Shown here piece after piece: positions 52,370 to 64,000 of a stretch of DNA of 64,000 nt. Every line of letters starts with the position of its first letter. Position 1 is the stretch's first letter. This stretch comes from Octopus sinensis. Its lineage: Eukaryota. Position numbers and translations under genes: made by a program. Where the stretch lies: positions 35,774,001 to 35,838,000 of the forward strand of contig NC_043012.1 of NCBI RefSeq assembly GCF_006345805.1. The letters are read 5' to 3'. The notes below the pieces were generated by a model that was given only the letters and a program-made list of their open reading frames with translations, had not been told where the DNA came from and made no database searches.

Positions 52370-52790
52370 AATTCTGTGGAGTATTCAGTTGGACAACTAG
52401 AGCACTGTTACTGTGGCCAAGCTGGAGCAGTGCCTTGAAGGGTTCAGTTGACCAAATCAACCCCAGTATTATTTCTTTAAAGTCTGATACTTATTTTCTC
52501 AATCTCTTTTGGTAAAATGCTAGGTTACAGAGACATAAACAAACTAACAACAGTTGCTAAGCAGTGTGGTGGTGGGGGGGGGACAAACACAACCACATAT
52601 ACACAATGGACTTCCACACAGTTTTCAGCTGCAAATTCACTCACAAGAGTGAATTTGGTAGACCAACTTTTTGGTCTGGTTCTTTAAATATAAAACACTA
52701 GCCTAATGTGTTGCAGAGTGGGACTGAACCCAAATCTATGTGGTCACAAAACAAGCTTCTTAACCACAGTCATGCCTGCACCTGTGTGTG
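52370..52790 (-). mobile_element. SINE family B
   Basis: Matches other copies. Confidence 0.82.
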
Positions 52791-52886
52791 TGTGTGAGTG
52801 TGTGTGTGTAATATATATATATATATATATATGGATCGTTAGCCCCTACACGCAATTTTTTTCTCTCCTTGTTTCTTTTCTGTGTA

Positions 52887-52924
52887 TCTTTCTGTCGAAG
52901 AGCATAGGCTCAAAACGTAAAAGA
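52887..52924 (+). ncRNA. Degenerate hammerhead motif in a TA-flanked unit (52835-53025)
   Basis: UCUUU-CUGUCGA-AGAGC auag GCUC-AAAAC-GUA/AAAGA; stems intact, two core substitutions. Confidence 0.55.
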
Positions 52925-53037
52925 CTTATTTTATTTCTATTCCTGAGCGCCATGCTAATACATTATTTGTTTGTACTCCACCTGCCTTCGTCTTTTGTTT
53001 ATTTTTGTAAACCTTCCCGTTATGTATATATATATAT

Positions 53038-53300
53038 ATCATCATCATCATTTAACATCTGTTGTCCATGCTGGCATGGGTTGGACAGTTTGACCAGGGC
53101 TGGTAAGCTGAAGGGCTGCACCAGACTCCAGTCTGATTTGGCGTGGTTTTCTATGACTGGTTGTCCTTCCTAATGCCAACCATTCTAAGAGTGTAATGGG
53201 TGCTGTTGTGTGCCACCAGCATGGGTGCCATTGCATGATACCAGAATCTGCCATGACTACAATCTCACCTGGCTTGATGGGTCTTCTTCTCAAGCAAAGC
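53038..53300 (-). mobile_element. Family C retroposon
   Basis: (CAT)nTTAACATCTGTTGTCCATGCTGGCATGGGTTGG. Confidence 0.88.
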
Positions 53301-53606
53301 ATATCACATATTCTTTTATTCTTTTATATGTCTCAGCCTTGAGGTTGCAGCCATATACATATATATATTTTACTTGTTTCACTCATTAGACTGTGACCAT
53401 GCTGAAGCATCACCTTGAAGAATTTTTTTGCTAAATGAATTGACACCAGTATTTTTTTTTATATTTTGCAAATCCTGGTACTTATTTTATCAATCTCTTT
53501 TTGTCAAACTGCTAAGTTACAGGAACACAAACAAACCAACACTAGTTATCAAATGGTGCTGGGGGGAACAAGCACACACACACCTATACATACATACATA
53601 CATACA

Positions 53607-53637
<31 letters not shown>

Positions 53638-53666
53638 GTACATACGTACATATGTACATACATACA

Positions 53667-53697
<31 letters not shown>

Positions 53698-53781
53698 GTT
53701 TCTGTCTAATGAATCCATTCTGGGATGGTGATGATGATGATCATGATGACACTAAATTCTACCATTTTCTGACAATTTCAG

Positions 53782-54001
53782 AGAAATCGAAGAGGACTAT
53801 ACAAGCTATGCGGCTGACATTGTTAGAAAATCTTCTTGGTCTGAGCTGGAGAATGAAGGCAAAACCATGTGTCCTATTTGCAATGTGAAGGAACTGAAGT
53901 TAAACTCTGACGGCACCAGAACTAACCAAAATGTCTGTAAGGACTGCCAAGAATTGACTTGTGATGATTGTGGTGAATATTCCGAGTCATTGTCAACCAA
54001 G
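53782..54001 (+). CDS. Internal exon encoding a Piccolo/Bassoon/RIM-type zinc finger (first six Cys)
   Basis: CAATTTCAG acceptor, AAG|GTGAGT donor; EIEEDYTSYAADIVRKSSWSELENEGKTMCPICNVKELKLNSDGTRTNQNVCKDCQELTCDDCGEYSESLSTK; C-x2-C-x18-C-x2-C-x4-C-x2-CG parallels vertebrate Piccolo CPLCNTTELLL..NFNTCTECQTTVCSLCG as recalled. Confidence 0.85.
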
Positions 54002-56272
54002 GTGAGTTAGTTACATGGAACCGTTTATCATTTCCTAGTCGGTGTGTCTCCTCTGCCTAGTTTTTCTGTATCTATGTAGTTGGTGTCATTTTATAGTTGG
54101 TGTCAGTAGATGATAGACATAGAGAACTAAAAAAAAAAAATTAAATAAAAAAAAAAGAAAGAAAATAAAAAAAGAAGAGAAAAGCATTAAAATATTCAAA
54201 AGATATATAAAAAAAAAGAAAAAAGTCATGTTCTGCTTCAAAAAAAATTGAAAATGAAATAATTATTTGAAAATAAAAAAGGAAAAAAGAAAGAAGAAAT
54301 AAATAATAATTTGGGCCTGTTTCAGATGAATGACTGGGTGAGTGGATGGTTGGGTGGGTGGGTGGGTGGGTGGTTGTATGAGTGGATGGATGGATGGAAA
54401 ATAAGAAAAAAGTAAGAAAGAAAAGAAGAAAGTAAAGAGTCTTATAAAGATCTTTATTATTTTTTTTTTTCCTTTGTAGTTCTTGTGTGTTGTATGTGTG
54501 TTGTATGTGTGGTGTTGTACATATTGTTACCATTCTCTTCTTTCATAGAATACAGCTTCCTTCCTTCTGCAACACAATGTGGCTGTACTGTTTCCTTTTA
54601 TTTATATATTTATCTTTCTAAAGTAAATTGTCAAACATTGCCAGATAAAGCGGAAAGTGGGATTTTTTTTTATGGTTTATTTGACAAACAAACATTTAAT
54701 ATTTCAGCCAGGATCTTTCATCTGAGAGATGGGGGCCCTGTTTTTATGAAGAACTCATCCACTTGATACATTAAATATTTCATCTTCTCACACCTTTTGT
54801 TTCTTCCTTTCTATTAAAAAAATTTTTTTTCCTTAAATGATTTGGTCTGGAGGAAGGGACATTGATCAAGGTTTTTGCAGGCCATCCAAGACCAATATAA
54901 CACCAATATGTCTCTTTATCAAACTGACCCTTACCAACATTGACTGGCATTGGTCATCTGAAATTAATTCTGCAGAATGTCTATGGTTAGTAGGAAAATA
55001 TTTGAAGAAACAAAGCAATAAAAAAAGCAATAATTATAGTAACAAAAAAATTTTGTGTTGTAGAATTTCACCAGTTTAAGGTCTTAGAGTGTTGACCAGT
55101 AGTAGGACAGAGGCTGGAGTATTGACCTATTGAGTGAAGGTTGCAGTCTGACCAATAAGTGATGTTTGTATGCATAAGAGCAGGAATGAAATTTGTTTAG
55201 GGGTACAAACCCAATTTTTCAGGAGGATGTTCAAAGTGTTTTAACTGTACCCCATAAATTTTAGGGGGAGCACTTGCAACCCCCACACCCTCTGTTCTCA
55301 AGCCTGTGTTTGTACACTCAATAAAGTCTAAGAGATGGAAGGGGTGGAAGGGGTGTTTAGGCATCCCAAAAAAGAGAAGAATTGGATTACTGACCAACAT
55401 GTTGATGGTTCGACTACTGACCAACAGATGGTGTTTATGTACTCAGCAAGGAATGAAAGTTTGAACTAATGACCAACAGCATTTATAAAAAAAAACTTTT
55501 AATAGAGCCTGGTCCAGCAGGGGCCATTTATGAGCTCAACATGGACGAAGGGCTGGAGTAGGAAAGCACTGAAACACTGCACAAATGATACATCTTCTTT
55601 TTTGCTGTTACTCAGAGTATTCGAAACATAGCCAGCACTCCTATTCCACTGGTCAACAAATGAGATGTCTAGTTGTAATTTGCACTTTACAAATTCCAGC
55701 AAAGATCTAAATTTGCAAACCTATTCCACCCAAGTCATTCTGGGTCCTTCAGATGTAAAAATATAATAGTCTTTCTTTTATTTTACTGTTTTATAATCAC
55801 ACTGCAAAATGATATTGGTGAAGTTTAATGGTTAGCATTTGTGTTTAGATGACTAGATGCTCTTCTTACTGGTCCCTATTTCAATCATGACAGAGAAAGA
55901 TACTAACTATTGTCAGCCACGTAGACTGAGGCTAGTCAGGGTTATACATACTTTTGCTTATGGCAGAGAAAGACATTAATGTTTCATGATGAAGAAGAGG
56001 TTTGAACTCATGAATTTACTGTTAGTCATCTTCTTACCATCAACACATCAGCATTGCATTGCAACAAATGGGCCTAAAAAATAAATTTCTATAAAGAAAG
56101 GAAATGAAAACAAATCCAAAAATTACAAAGTTAGGTTGTTTAATGATTTTAAATATATTATAAAACCTCTCTGATTAAACAGGCAACATCTTCATCTGAG
56201 ACAAGTAACGTGTGTGCATATATATATCTATGTATATATGTGTATATATGTCTGTGTCTGTGTATGTATGTA

Positions 56273-56274
<2 letters not shown>

Positions 56275-56343
<69 letters not shown>

Positions 56344-56345
56344 GT
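56275..56345. repeat. (GT)n
   Basis: Direct reading. Confidence 0.97.
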
Positions 56346-56830
56346 ATTGTGGAACGGCAAGAAAATTACAAGTGAGTTGTTGTTTTAAATTGACATTAAG
56401 TGAAATTGGTAACGTGGAGAAAGATGATGGCAAGCGGCGCGAGGCCGGTTGTAGCATCTTTAGCTTCGTTAGTTGAATCAATAACTGAAATTGTTGCCAA
56501 CTTCTCTTGTAATAATAATTCCAGCACACATTCTAACCCCTCCCCCTCCCCCATTCTCTCTCTCTCTCTCTCCCCCGCCATCCCTCTCTCTCCCCCGCCA
56601 TCTCTCTCTCCTCCGCCATCTCTCGCTCTCTCTCAAAGAATTATCATATAACATCCTACATAGAACGGTGTACGTTACAAAATCAATTACAAGGATAATT
56701 TCTTGAAACTTTCCTCTACTTGTTCTTGACATTTTTTCCACTGTTTATATTATTATTGTTATTGTTATCATTATCATCATTATCAAAGAAAAAAATATCA
56801 CAGAAGTGATAGAAATTATTATTATTATTA

Positions 56831-56886
<56 letters not shown>

Positions 56887-57751
56887 GTTATTGTTATTAT
56901 CATCATTATGATTGTCTTTGGTTTTTCTTTTTTGGCATTGCTTTGAAAAATATTCTTCATATCAGTAGAATTGAAATAAACTGTTGTCTGTTGTGTACAT
57001 AGGAATCAAAAACAAAAAAAAGGGTAAAGAGGAAAGAAGAAAGGAAAAAAATAAAGTGAAACAAAGAAATAAGACAAAGGGAATATTATAGTTTTGGTTT
57101 TGTTATGAAGTAGATAGGGTGTGATTATGTTTGTGTCTGTTGTGAGGTGGAGTGTGTTGTGATGTAGAATTTTTTGTGAGATGATATTTGTTGTTGTTGA
57201 TGTTTGTTCTGTAATTGTGTTTGTTGTGAGATGGTGTTTGTAGTGATGTGAAACTGTTATATTTTTTGTGATGTGATGGTGTGAAACTATTTTGAGGTCA
57301 TGTGAAACTGCTGCACTTGTGAGGTAGTTGCTAAAGTGGTTCTTATACAGTGGTCATCATCGAATGACCATTGTGTAATGGTGGGTGATTATGAAACAGT
57401 TGTTAAATAGCAATGTATCAAGTCTCACATTGGTCAATTAATCTATTTCTAGATTCTTAAGACCAATATACGAACACTACACAACAGACAATTGACCAGC
57501 TTTTAACACCAGCATAACTAGTGCTGGCCACTCTGTTGCAACCACTTAGGCCAGCTCAGTGGTCTGAGTAGAACTTCCTCTTGTCCTACCACCCTGAAAG
57601 GCAATATAGACATTCAGTATATATCCAACTTTCACCAACTGTCTACCCTACAACGTTTGCCAATATCTTTCCAGCCACTGTCTTATATATATATATCATC
57701 ATCATCATCATCATCACATCCGTTTTCCATGCTAGCATGGGTTGGACGGAA

Positions 57752-57809
<58 letters not shown>

Positions 57810-57815
57810 CATACA

Positions 57816-57851
<36 letters not shown>

Positions 57852-57857
57852 CATACA

Positions 57858-58445
57858 CACAGGCATGACAGAAGTAAATACACACCCTTGTAATCATTAG
57901 AATTTATTTAAATCTGAAATTATACATTCTAATTATTTATTTATTATCATAATGTGAATATCTAATATTTAGTAAGCATGCCCTTTGCATTTTTCAATGC
58001 AAGGACCCTATTAGGCATGCTACTGATCAGATGATAAATATTCTCTTGAGGAATTTCTTACCAAGTTTCATGTGGTAATCTCAAAAAGTCTGGCTTTGAA
58101 GATGCTTTCTTGTTCTTCTTACAAAGTGACCTGTCCATTATACCCCAGAGGTGTTCTATAGGGTTTGTATCTGGTGATTGACTTGGCCATGGAAGCTTTT
58201 TAATGCCATTCTCTTCCAACCAGTCTTGGGTCTTTTTAGCCATGTAACAAGATGCCCCATCTTCGAAGACCATTGGAAGGAGTCTTTTCTGCAATATGGA
58301 CTCATATTTATCTGAGTTTATGTTGCCCTCACACTCCACCAGCTCTGATCGGCCATTGCTCCAAATTGCTCCCCAGACCATCACAGAATAACTGCCATGT
58401 TTCATTGTGGTTTTTTGTCTGTTTTTTTGTAGTTTCAGCTCAGAG
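57858..58445 (-). mobile_element. Tc1 (DD34E) transposon, 3' half with right terminus, decayed
   Basis: [38 protein letters not shown] (34 residues between D and E), then EIPQENIYHLISSMPNRVLALKNAKGMLTKY*; ends in a TA/CA microsatellite. Confidence 0.92.
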
Positions 58446-58485
58446 CCGCGGCCCTGCATTCATGCATTCATACATGACAGGCTTC

Positions 58486-58617
58486 CATGGATGCCCAGGA
58501 AAATAGGATATGAAATGTTGAAGGCTGACCTCAGGACTCTGAGCCTGATGGAGGAGATGAAGAAGGACTGGGGTCTCTGGTGATATTAGGTTCTCAAAAA
58601 GACTCTCCCTCCTCAGT
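58486..58617 (+). mobile_element. RTE LINE ORF C-terminal fragment
   Basis: GCPGK/YEMLKADLRTLSLMEEMKKDWGLW..VLKKT resembles RTE ends GRPRK.W.EVVK.DLR.L.L.EEM..DR..WR. Confidence 0.55.
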
Positions 58618-59219
58618 AAAACCAGCTTCTGGAAGTGCAGTTTTGTGCTCCCTATCCATGTTATAGTGAGTCCCCTACCCCCTCATGCATTATGCCTGCC
58701 TCTTCCCCTACCCTTGGCTCCTACAGACTACCCAATCATGTTATCTCTGCTGTCCTGCCCCCTCCCATTGGCAGCTATCATCTTAATGCCCCCTTCCACA
58801 CATCCCACCCCCTCATTCTTCTACATTCTTCTATCTTCCCCAGCTCATGGTTTGTTGTTCATCCACCCTTCAACCCTACCCATTTTGTCAGTCTGCCACC
58901 CCATCCTTCATTCTCCTTCCCATACAATCTTGCAAACCACCCACCCAACCACCCACTCCTACTTAACTTGTGCATTGGTGGTGGTGATGGTAGTGGTGGA
59001 GGCACTTGGGCACCTCATCACTTACATCTCCTGCTGATCATTTTGTCTTTCTCTCTCTCCTCTTCCCCTATTATAAGGGAGCCATGCAGATTTCTTTGCA
59101 AGAACCTGCCCTGCCCACCTCTTCTCATAATAAGCTCTTCATGCCCTAGCATGCAGCTGCACCCCCCTCCTCCACTCCCCCAGGGTTCATAGTCCTTCTA
59201 ACTGCATCACAACGTCAAT

Positions 59220-59410
59220 AGTACAAGTGGCACATGGAAAGCACCCAGTTACACTGAAGTGGTTGGCATTAGGAGGGGCATCCAGCCTTAAAAGCCGTAT
59301 CAAAGCAGACACTGGAGCTCGATGCAGTCCTTGCACACATCAGATACTCATCAAAGCGTCTAACCCATGCCAGCATGGAACAACGGATGTTAAATGATGA
59401 TGGAGATGAT
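59220..59410 (+). mobile_element. Family C retroposon
   Basis: GGCATTAGGAGGGGCATCCAGCC..CCCATGCCAGCATGGAACAACGGATGTTAAATGATG. Confidence 0.85.
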
Positions 59411-60629
59411 GATCAATCCACTCACAGGGTTTTGGTCAGAAGCACTTGTTCCAGGTGCCACTCAGTGGGACTGAACCTGAAACCATGTGGTTCAGAAGCA
59501 CCTTGATTGATCGCATGAAACGTGATCTTTTCATTCACTTTTTTATGTCTTCATAGAGTCATGTTTCCATCTCTTCCACCACCTCTTCTTCTTCCTCCTC
59601 CTCCTTCTCACCTGCCCCATCACCTCTTTCCCTATTTAACTCTCTACCGACCACAATATCTTCTCACCTCAATACTTACCTGTTTATGTAGCTCTCTTCC
59701 TACCAAGCTACCCCCCACCCACCCACCTTCCAACCAACCTACCCTCCCACCTATCTCACTATCTCTATCAAGCTAATTTGCCATTGTTGCAGTAATTAAT
59801 ATTATCAAATATTGCCTCACAACTTATTCAGTTCAACCAACAATGTTTAATTTTTGTTGTTGTTGTTGTTGTAGTATGATCTTGTTGTAAACAAAACAAC
59901 ACAAAAACACACAGATATAATATTCAACAATAACATCAGCAACAACAACAACTTCTGTGTATGTCAATAAATTCTTTCATTATTATATTTATTTAACGAT
60001 GCCGTGTTTCTTTTTGTTTTGTTTATGTATTGATTAATTTTAATGTCCATTAATTTGGTAATCAACATTGATGGAATTAAAAGTCTTGGTAACTGTCAGT
60101 TAATGGACTCTGTTTCTCTGACTCAGTATGCTCATGGCATTAGTTGTTCTTGTTGTTGTAGCTTTAGTTTCACCAAAGATAATGTTTGTTGTTGTTGTTG
60201 TTGTTGCCAGATTAACTTGGCTTTATTCTGGCTGACTAAATCTGTGGTTACGGTGCAACTTGAACCACACTCCCTCCATTCCACTCTCCACATCTTAAAG
60301 TGTAGCCATCACTCATAAGTGAGTGTGCCTTGATAACATGTACCATGCTTTCACTAATTGTTTTAGGCGCCTGAATGATCACAAGCAGACATAGACACTT
60401 TGTTGGTGCTCCTACCATTTACATCCAGTCACACATCCAAGACGTAGTATGAAGTTGAAAGGACCAAGAACTGCACCGACGCTCAGCCGGTTCTCATCTT
60501 CAGTTGAGAAGACAGGAGAAATATGAAGTCAGGTACTTCAAAGACAGACACACCCATGGTGCCCTTAATATAAAGCCATTCCTTAGCTTCCATTGTTGCA
60601 TGTATTCAACAGCCACTGTTGTCTCTTAT

Positions 60630-61050
60630 CATCTATCTTTTACTTGTTCAGGTCATTAGACTGTGGCCATGCTGGGGCACTGCCTTGTAGAATTTTTGGG
60701 GGGATTGAATCAACCCCAGTTCTTAAGTTTTTTAAGCCTGCTTCTTATTCTATTGGTCTCTTTTGTTGAACTGCCAAGTTTCAGGGACATAAACACACCA
60801 ACACTGGTAGTTAAATGGTGGAGGGGACAAGCACAGACACAAAGACACATGTACACACACACATACACACGCATGCACATACACACAAACACGATGGGCT
60901 TCTTTCAGTTTCCGTCTCCCAAATCCACTCATAAAGCTTCGATCAACATGGGGTTTAAGTAAAAGGTACTTGCCCAAAGTGCCATGCGGTGGGATTGAAC
61001 CAGGAACCATGTGGTTAGGAAGCAAGCTTCTTACTACACAGCCATGCCTG
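60630..61050 (-). mobile_element. SINE family B, full length
   Basis: Matches other copies. Confidence 0.9.
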
Positions 61051-61859
61051 TGCTTATATAAGTAATAAATATATATCATATATGTGATATAACACTTCCT
61101 CTTATGTAATATCCTGGTTTACATATATGATATACCACTTCACACTATTCCAATGAAAGAGTTTCTGCATGGTCTGATGACTTGTTAGAAATAGCAATCA
61201 AATTATCCTCAAATCCCGCCCTTCAAAATAGCACACTGGAAAATATTGTCCAAACCATATAATGCCTGTTGTTTATTGTGAATAATTCTTGACACTTCAA
61301 ACGTTATGCTCTTATTCAAAAGAAGCCACAAAAGTAAAAGATTGGTTGAGCTCCAAAGATTCTTCACGTTTGAACAACATTGTTGCATGCAAGCAATTAT
61401 GGTATCTGGCGCTTAGTTGCAACTTTTTCCGCCATGTTTTTAGGCTTGCCAATAATTTCTTCTCTTTTTTTTTTTTTGTGCATAATCATCATTTAGGCAC
61501 CATAGGGTTAAATAGTAGCATCTCTTCGAGAAATGATGGTCGTGGCCGGAATGCCTTTGATCATAGGTCAGTTTGGACAGAACCAAATTCAAGCTAAGCA
61601 ACAACAACAACAACAACAACAACAATTCGTTATTGATGAAATAAAAGAAAAGAAAGGAAACTATAAAACTGGCCGATGTTGTTTGTTTCTGACATAAATC
61701 ATCCCAAACTGGGCAGTAAAACACAATTGCAAGTAATTCACAGAATCGGCAGCTGTAATAATAGCCAAGCCACATCACACGTGACAGTAATGTCTCCATC
61801 TAACATAACATACTTTATAATGGCAACGAGAAACAATTATCAAATCATTGTCGTCGTCG

Positions 61860-61896
<37 letters not shown>

Positions 61897-62117
61897 GTTA
61901 CATTCCCCTCTTCCTCCCCCTCCTCCCCTCCTCACCTCCTCTATTCCACCTTCCTCCTTCTCACCCCACATCATCATCATCATCAGAGCTTTTAGGTCTG
62001 CTTTCCCATGCTGTCATGGGTTGGGCAGGACTTTTCAGGCTGTTTTTACAGCTAGATATTCTTCTTCATGCCAACCCTTTTAGTAACCTCCTATGACATG
62101 TAGGGAAATGGGTTTTA

Positions 62118-62171
<54 letters not shown>

Positions 62172-62214
62172 CATATATATATGATGTATGTATGTGTGTG
62201 TGTATGTATGTGTA

Positions 62215-62300
<86 letters not shown>

Positions 62301-62309
62301 GTATATATA

Positions 62310-63065
62310 TGCATTAGGAAGGTCATCCAGCTGTAGAAACTTTGCCAGATCAGGTTGGAGTTTGGTGCAGCCTTCTGGCTCGCCAGTCCTCAGTCAAACC
62401 GTCCAACCCATTGATGATGATATGCATGAAGTTGAGTGGTAAGAAGTTTGCTTCCCAACCAAATATTCATGGGTTCCGTCCCATTGCATGGCAGCCTTGT
62501 GAGTGGATTTGGTAGATGGAAACTGAAAGAAGCTCATCTTATACATATATATATATATGGTGGGGTGGCAGTATCTAAGAGGACAGAGAAAAGGCTACTT
62601 TGTAGATCTCCACACAATGGGAAAACAATTAAGTTAAGCAATTTGAGTCAAGTTGGAAAAAAAATGATGCAATCAAAACATAACACATTGTTAACAGCAT
62701 TTATATATATATCCAGCTGTAGAAACACTGCCAGACTAGACTGGAGCCTGGGGCAGTCCCGAGCTCCCCAGACACCGGTCGAAACCGTCCAACCCGTGCT
62801 AGCGCGGAAAACGGACGTTAAACGATGATGATGATGATGATGATGATAACATATATATATTTTTTCCATGAGTTGGAAAGTTTGACTGAGGTCTGGAGAG
62901 CCAGCGGCTATACCAGGCTCCGACCTGATCCAAGAGTGTAGCGGGAGCTTTTTATGAGCATTGCCACAGAACCCAGTCAGGTGGGCCTGGCATCGATTAC
63001 ATTCGGATGGTGTCTTTTATGTGCCACCGGTACAAGTGCCAGTCAGGTAGATCTGGCATCAAGTA
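62310..63065. mobile_element. Cluster: family C (+, 62310-62420), family B head (+, 62430-62540), young family C (+, 62710-62850), family C (-, 62860-63065)
   Basis: Diagnostic motifs; 62710-62850 keeps CpGs (CCGGTCGAAACCGTCC, GCGCGGAAAACGGACGTTAAAC). Confidence 0.85.
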
Positions 63066-63074
63066 TGGTATATA

Positions 63075-63105
<31 letters not shown>

Positions 63106-63247
63106 ATAAATGTACATATGTATATATATATGTGTGTATATATAAATGTATATGTATATGTGTGCATATATATACACACACACACGCATATCTATATATG
63201 TATAAGTTATATATATATTATGTATATACTTATACATATATATATAT

Positions 63248-63302
<55 letters not shown>

Positions 63303-63346
63303 ACATATACTTATATATATTATATATACTTCTATCTATCTAATCT

Positions 63347-63378
<32 letters not shown>

Positions 63379-63686
63379 GACATATATATACACACAGACA
63401 AGCACATACACACACTACACACATATATTTTACTCGTTCAGTCATTATCATTAACACGCGTCCGTAAGCTCATATATATCCCAGACACACATGAAATACA
63501 CGTCTGTGAGTTATAAATCATTATGTCCACCGCAAATACATCCCACCCAACCGACCGAGGTGTAGATAATACTTAAAGGAACTCTGCTTATTCCTCTTGT
63601 CTTCTCTGTCACTTTACCAATTTTTCTATTTTGTATTCAGTTCCATTCTTTCACACCTGCCACAAACACATAGATGCAAAACCTAC

Positions 63687-63780
63687 CTTGATGCCATAAA
63701 TAGACGATTTCCATTTTACCGTTTCCTTTTAGTAATCTTTCAATGTCCAACTCAACAGTGTTAATATCTAGCAGACTCAT
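63687..63780 (-). CDS. Candidate exon MSLLDINTVELDIERLLKGNGKMEIVYLWHQ (5' boundary uncertain)
   Basis: CAAG|GTAGGT donor in phase 1; non-repetitive protein-like frame; start either ATG at 63780 or acceptor at 63767. Confidence 0.5.
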
Positions 63781-64000
63781 CAATACATACATATATGTGT
63801 ATGCATATGTGTGTGTGTATGTATAAATATGTATATATATATACATATACATATATATATGTATGTATGTATGTATGTAAGTATTATGTACGTATGTATG
63901 TGTGTATGTACATACATACTTACGTATGTATGTGTGTGTGTATGTATATATGTGTGTGTGTATTTAAATCTAAGTATATGCATGTACATGCGTGTGTGCA

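Noticed and set aside
58635-59192. 185-aa Pro/Ser/His-rich ORF
   Set aside because: C-rich low-complexity sequence between transposon fragments.
60436-60510. Phase 1-1 minus exon candidate ENRLSVGAVLGPFNFILRLGCVTG
   Set aside because: AAG acceptor and weak donor; including it breaks the proposed HQGGC motif. Cannot be excluded without RNA data.
61289-61597. VKDWL in a + ORF as the continuation of the zinc finger
   Set aside because: No following Cys pair and no acceptor at the right position.

Overview
AT-rich, repeat-saturated animal genomic DNA. It is very likely an octopus, inferred from the repeat families rather than from any database search. Most of the window is microsatellite plus dozens of tRNA-headed SINEs and RTE-tailed retroposons. 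There are also decayed LINE (R4/Dong-type, RTE), Ty3/Gypsy, Tc1, piggyBac-type MITE and Penelope-like pieces. Nearly all ORFs in the supplied track are microsatellite artefacts. Real coding signal is limited to small exons. One well-supported + strand exon (53782-54001) encodes a Piccolo/Bassoon/RIM-type zinc finger. Several - strand candidate exons (63687-63780, 44288-44422, 40018-40063, 20862-20943) splice in frame into a hypothetical 118-aa protein with loose thioredoxin/AhpC-TSA resemblance, interleaved antisense with the zinc-finger gene. The most striking non-coding system is a set of minimal type I hammerhead ribozyme motifs, probably Penelope-related, in short units embedded in (TA)n. 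It includes a ~1.2-kb inverted repeat (11588-12770) with an intact hammerhead in each arm, a spacer built from locally copied sequence, and a strong A/G-over-C/T skew between the arms. All alignments and counts were done by eye; repeat boundaries are approximate.
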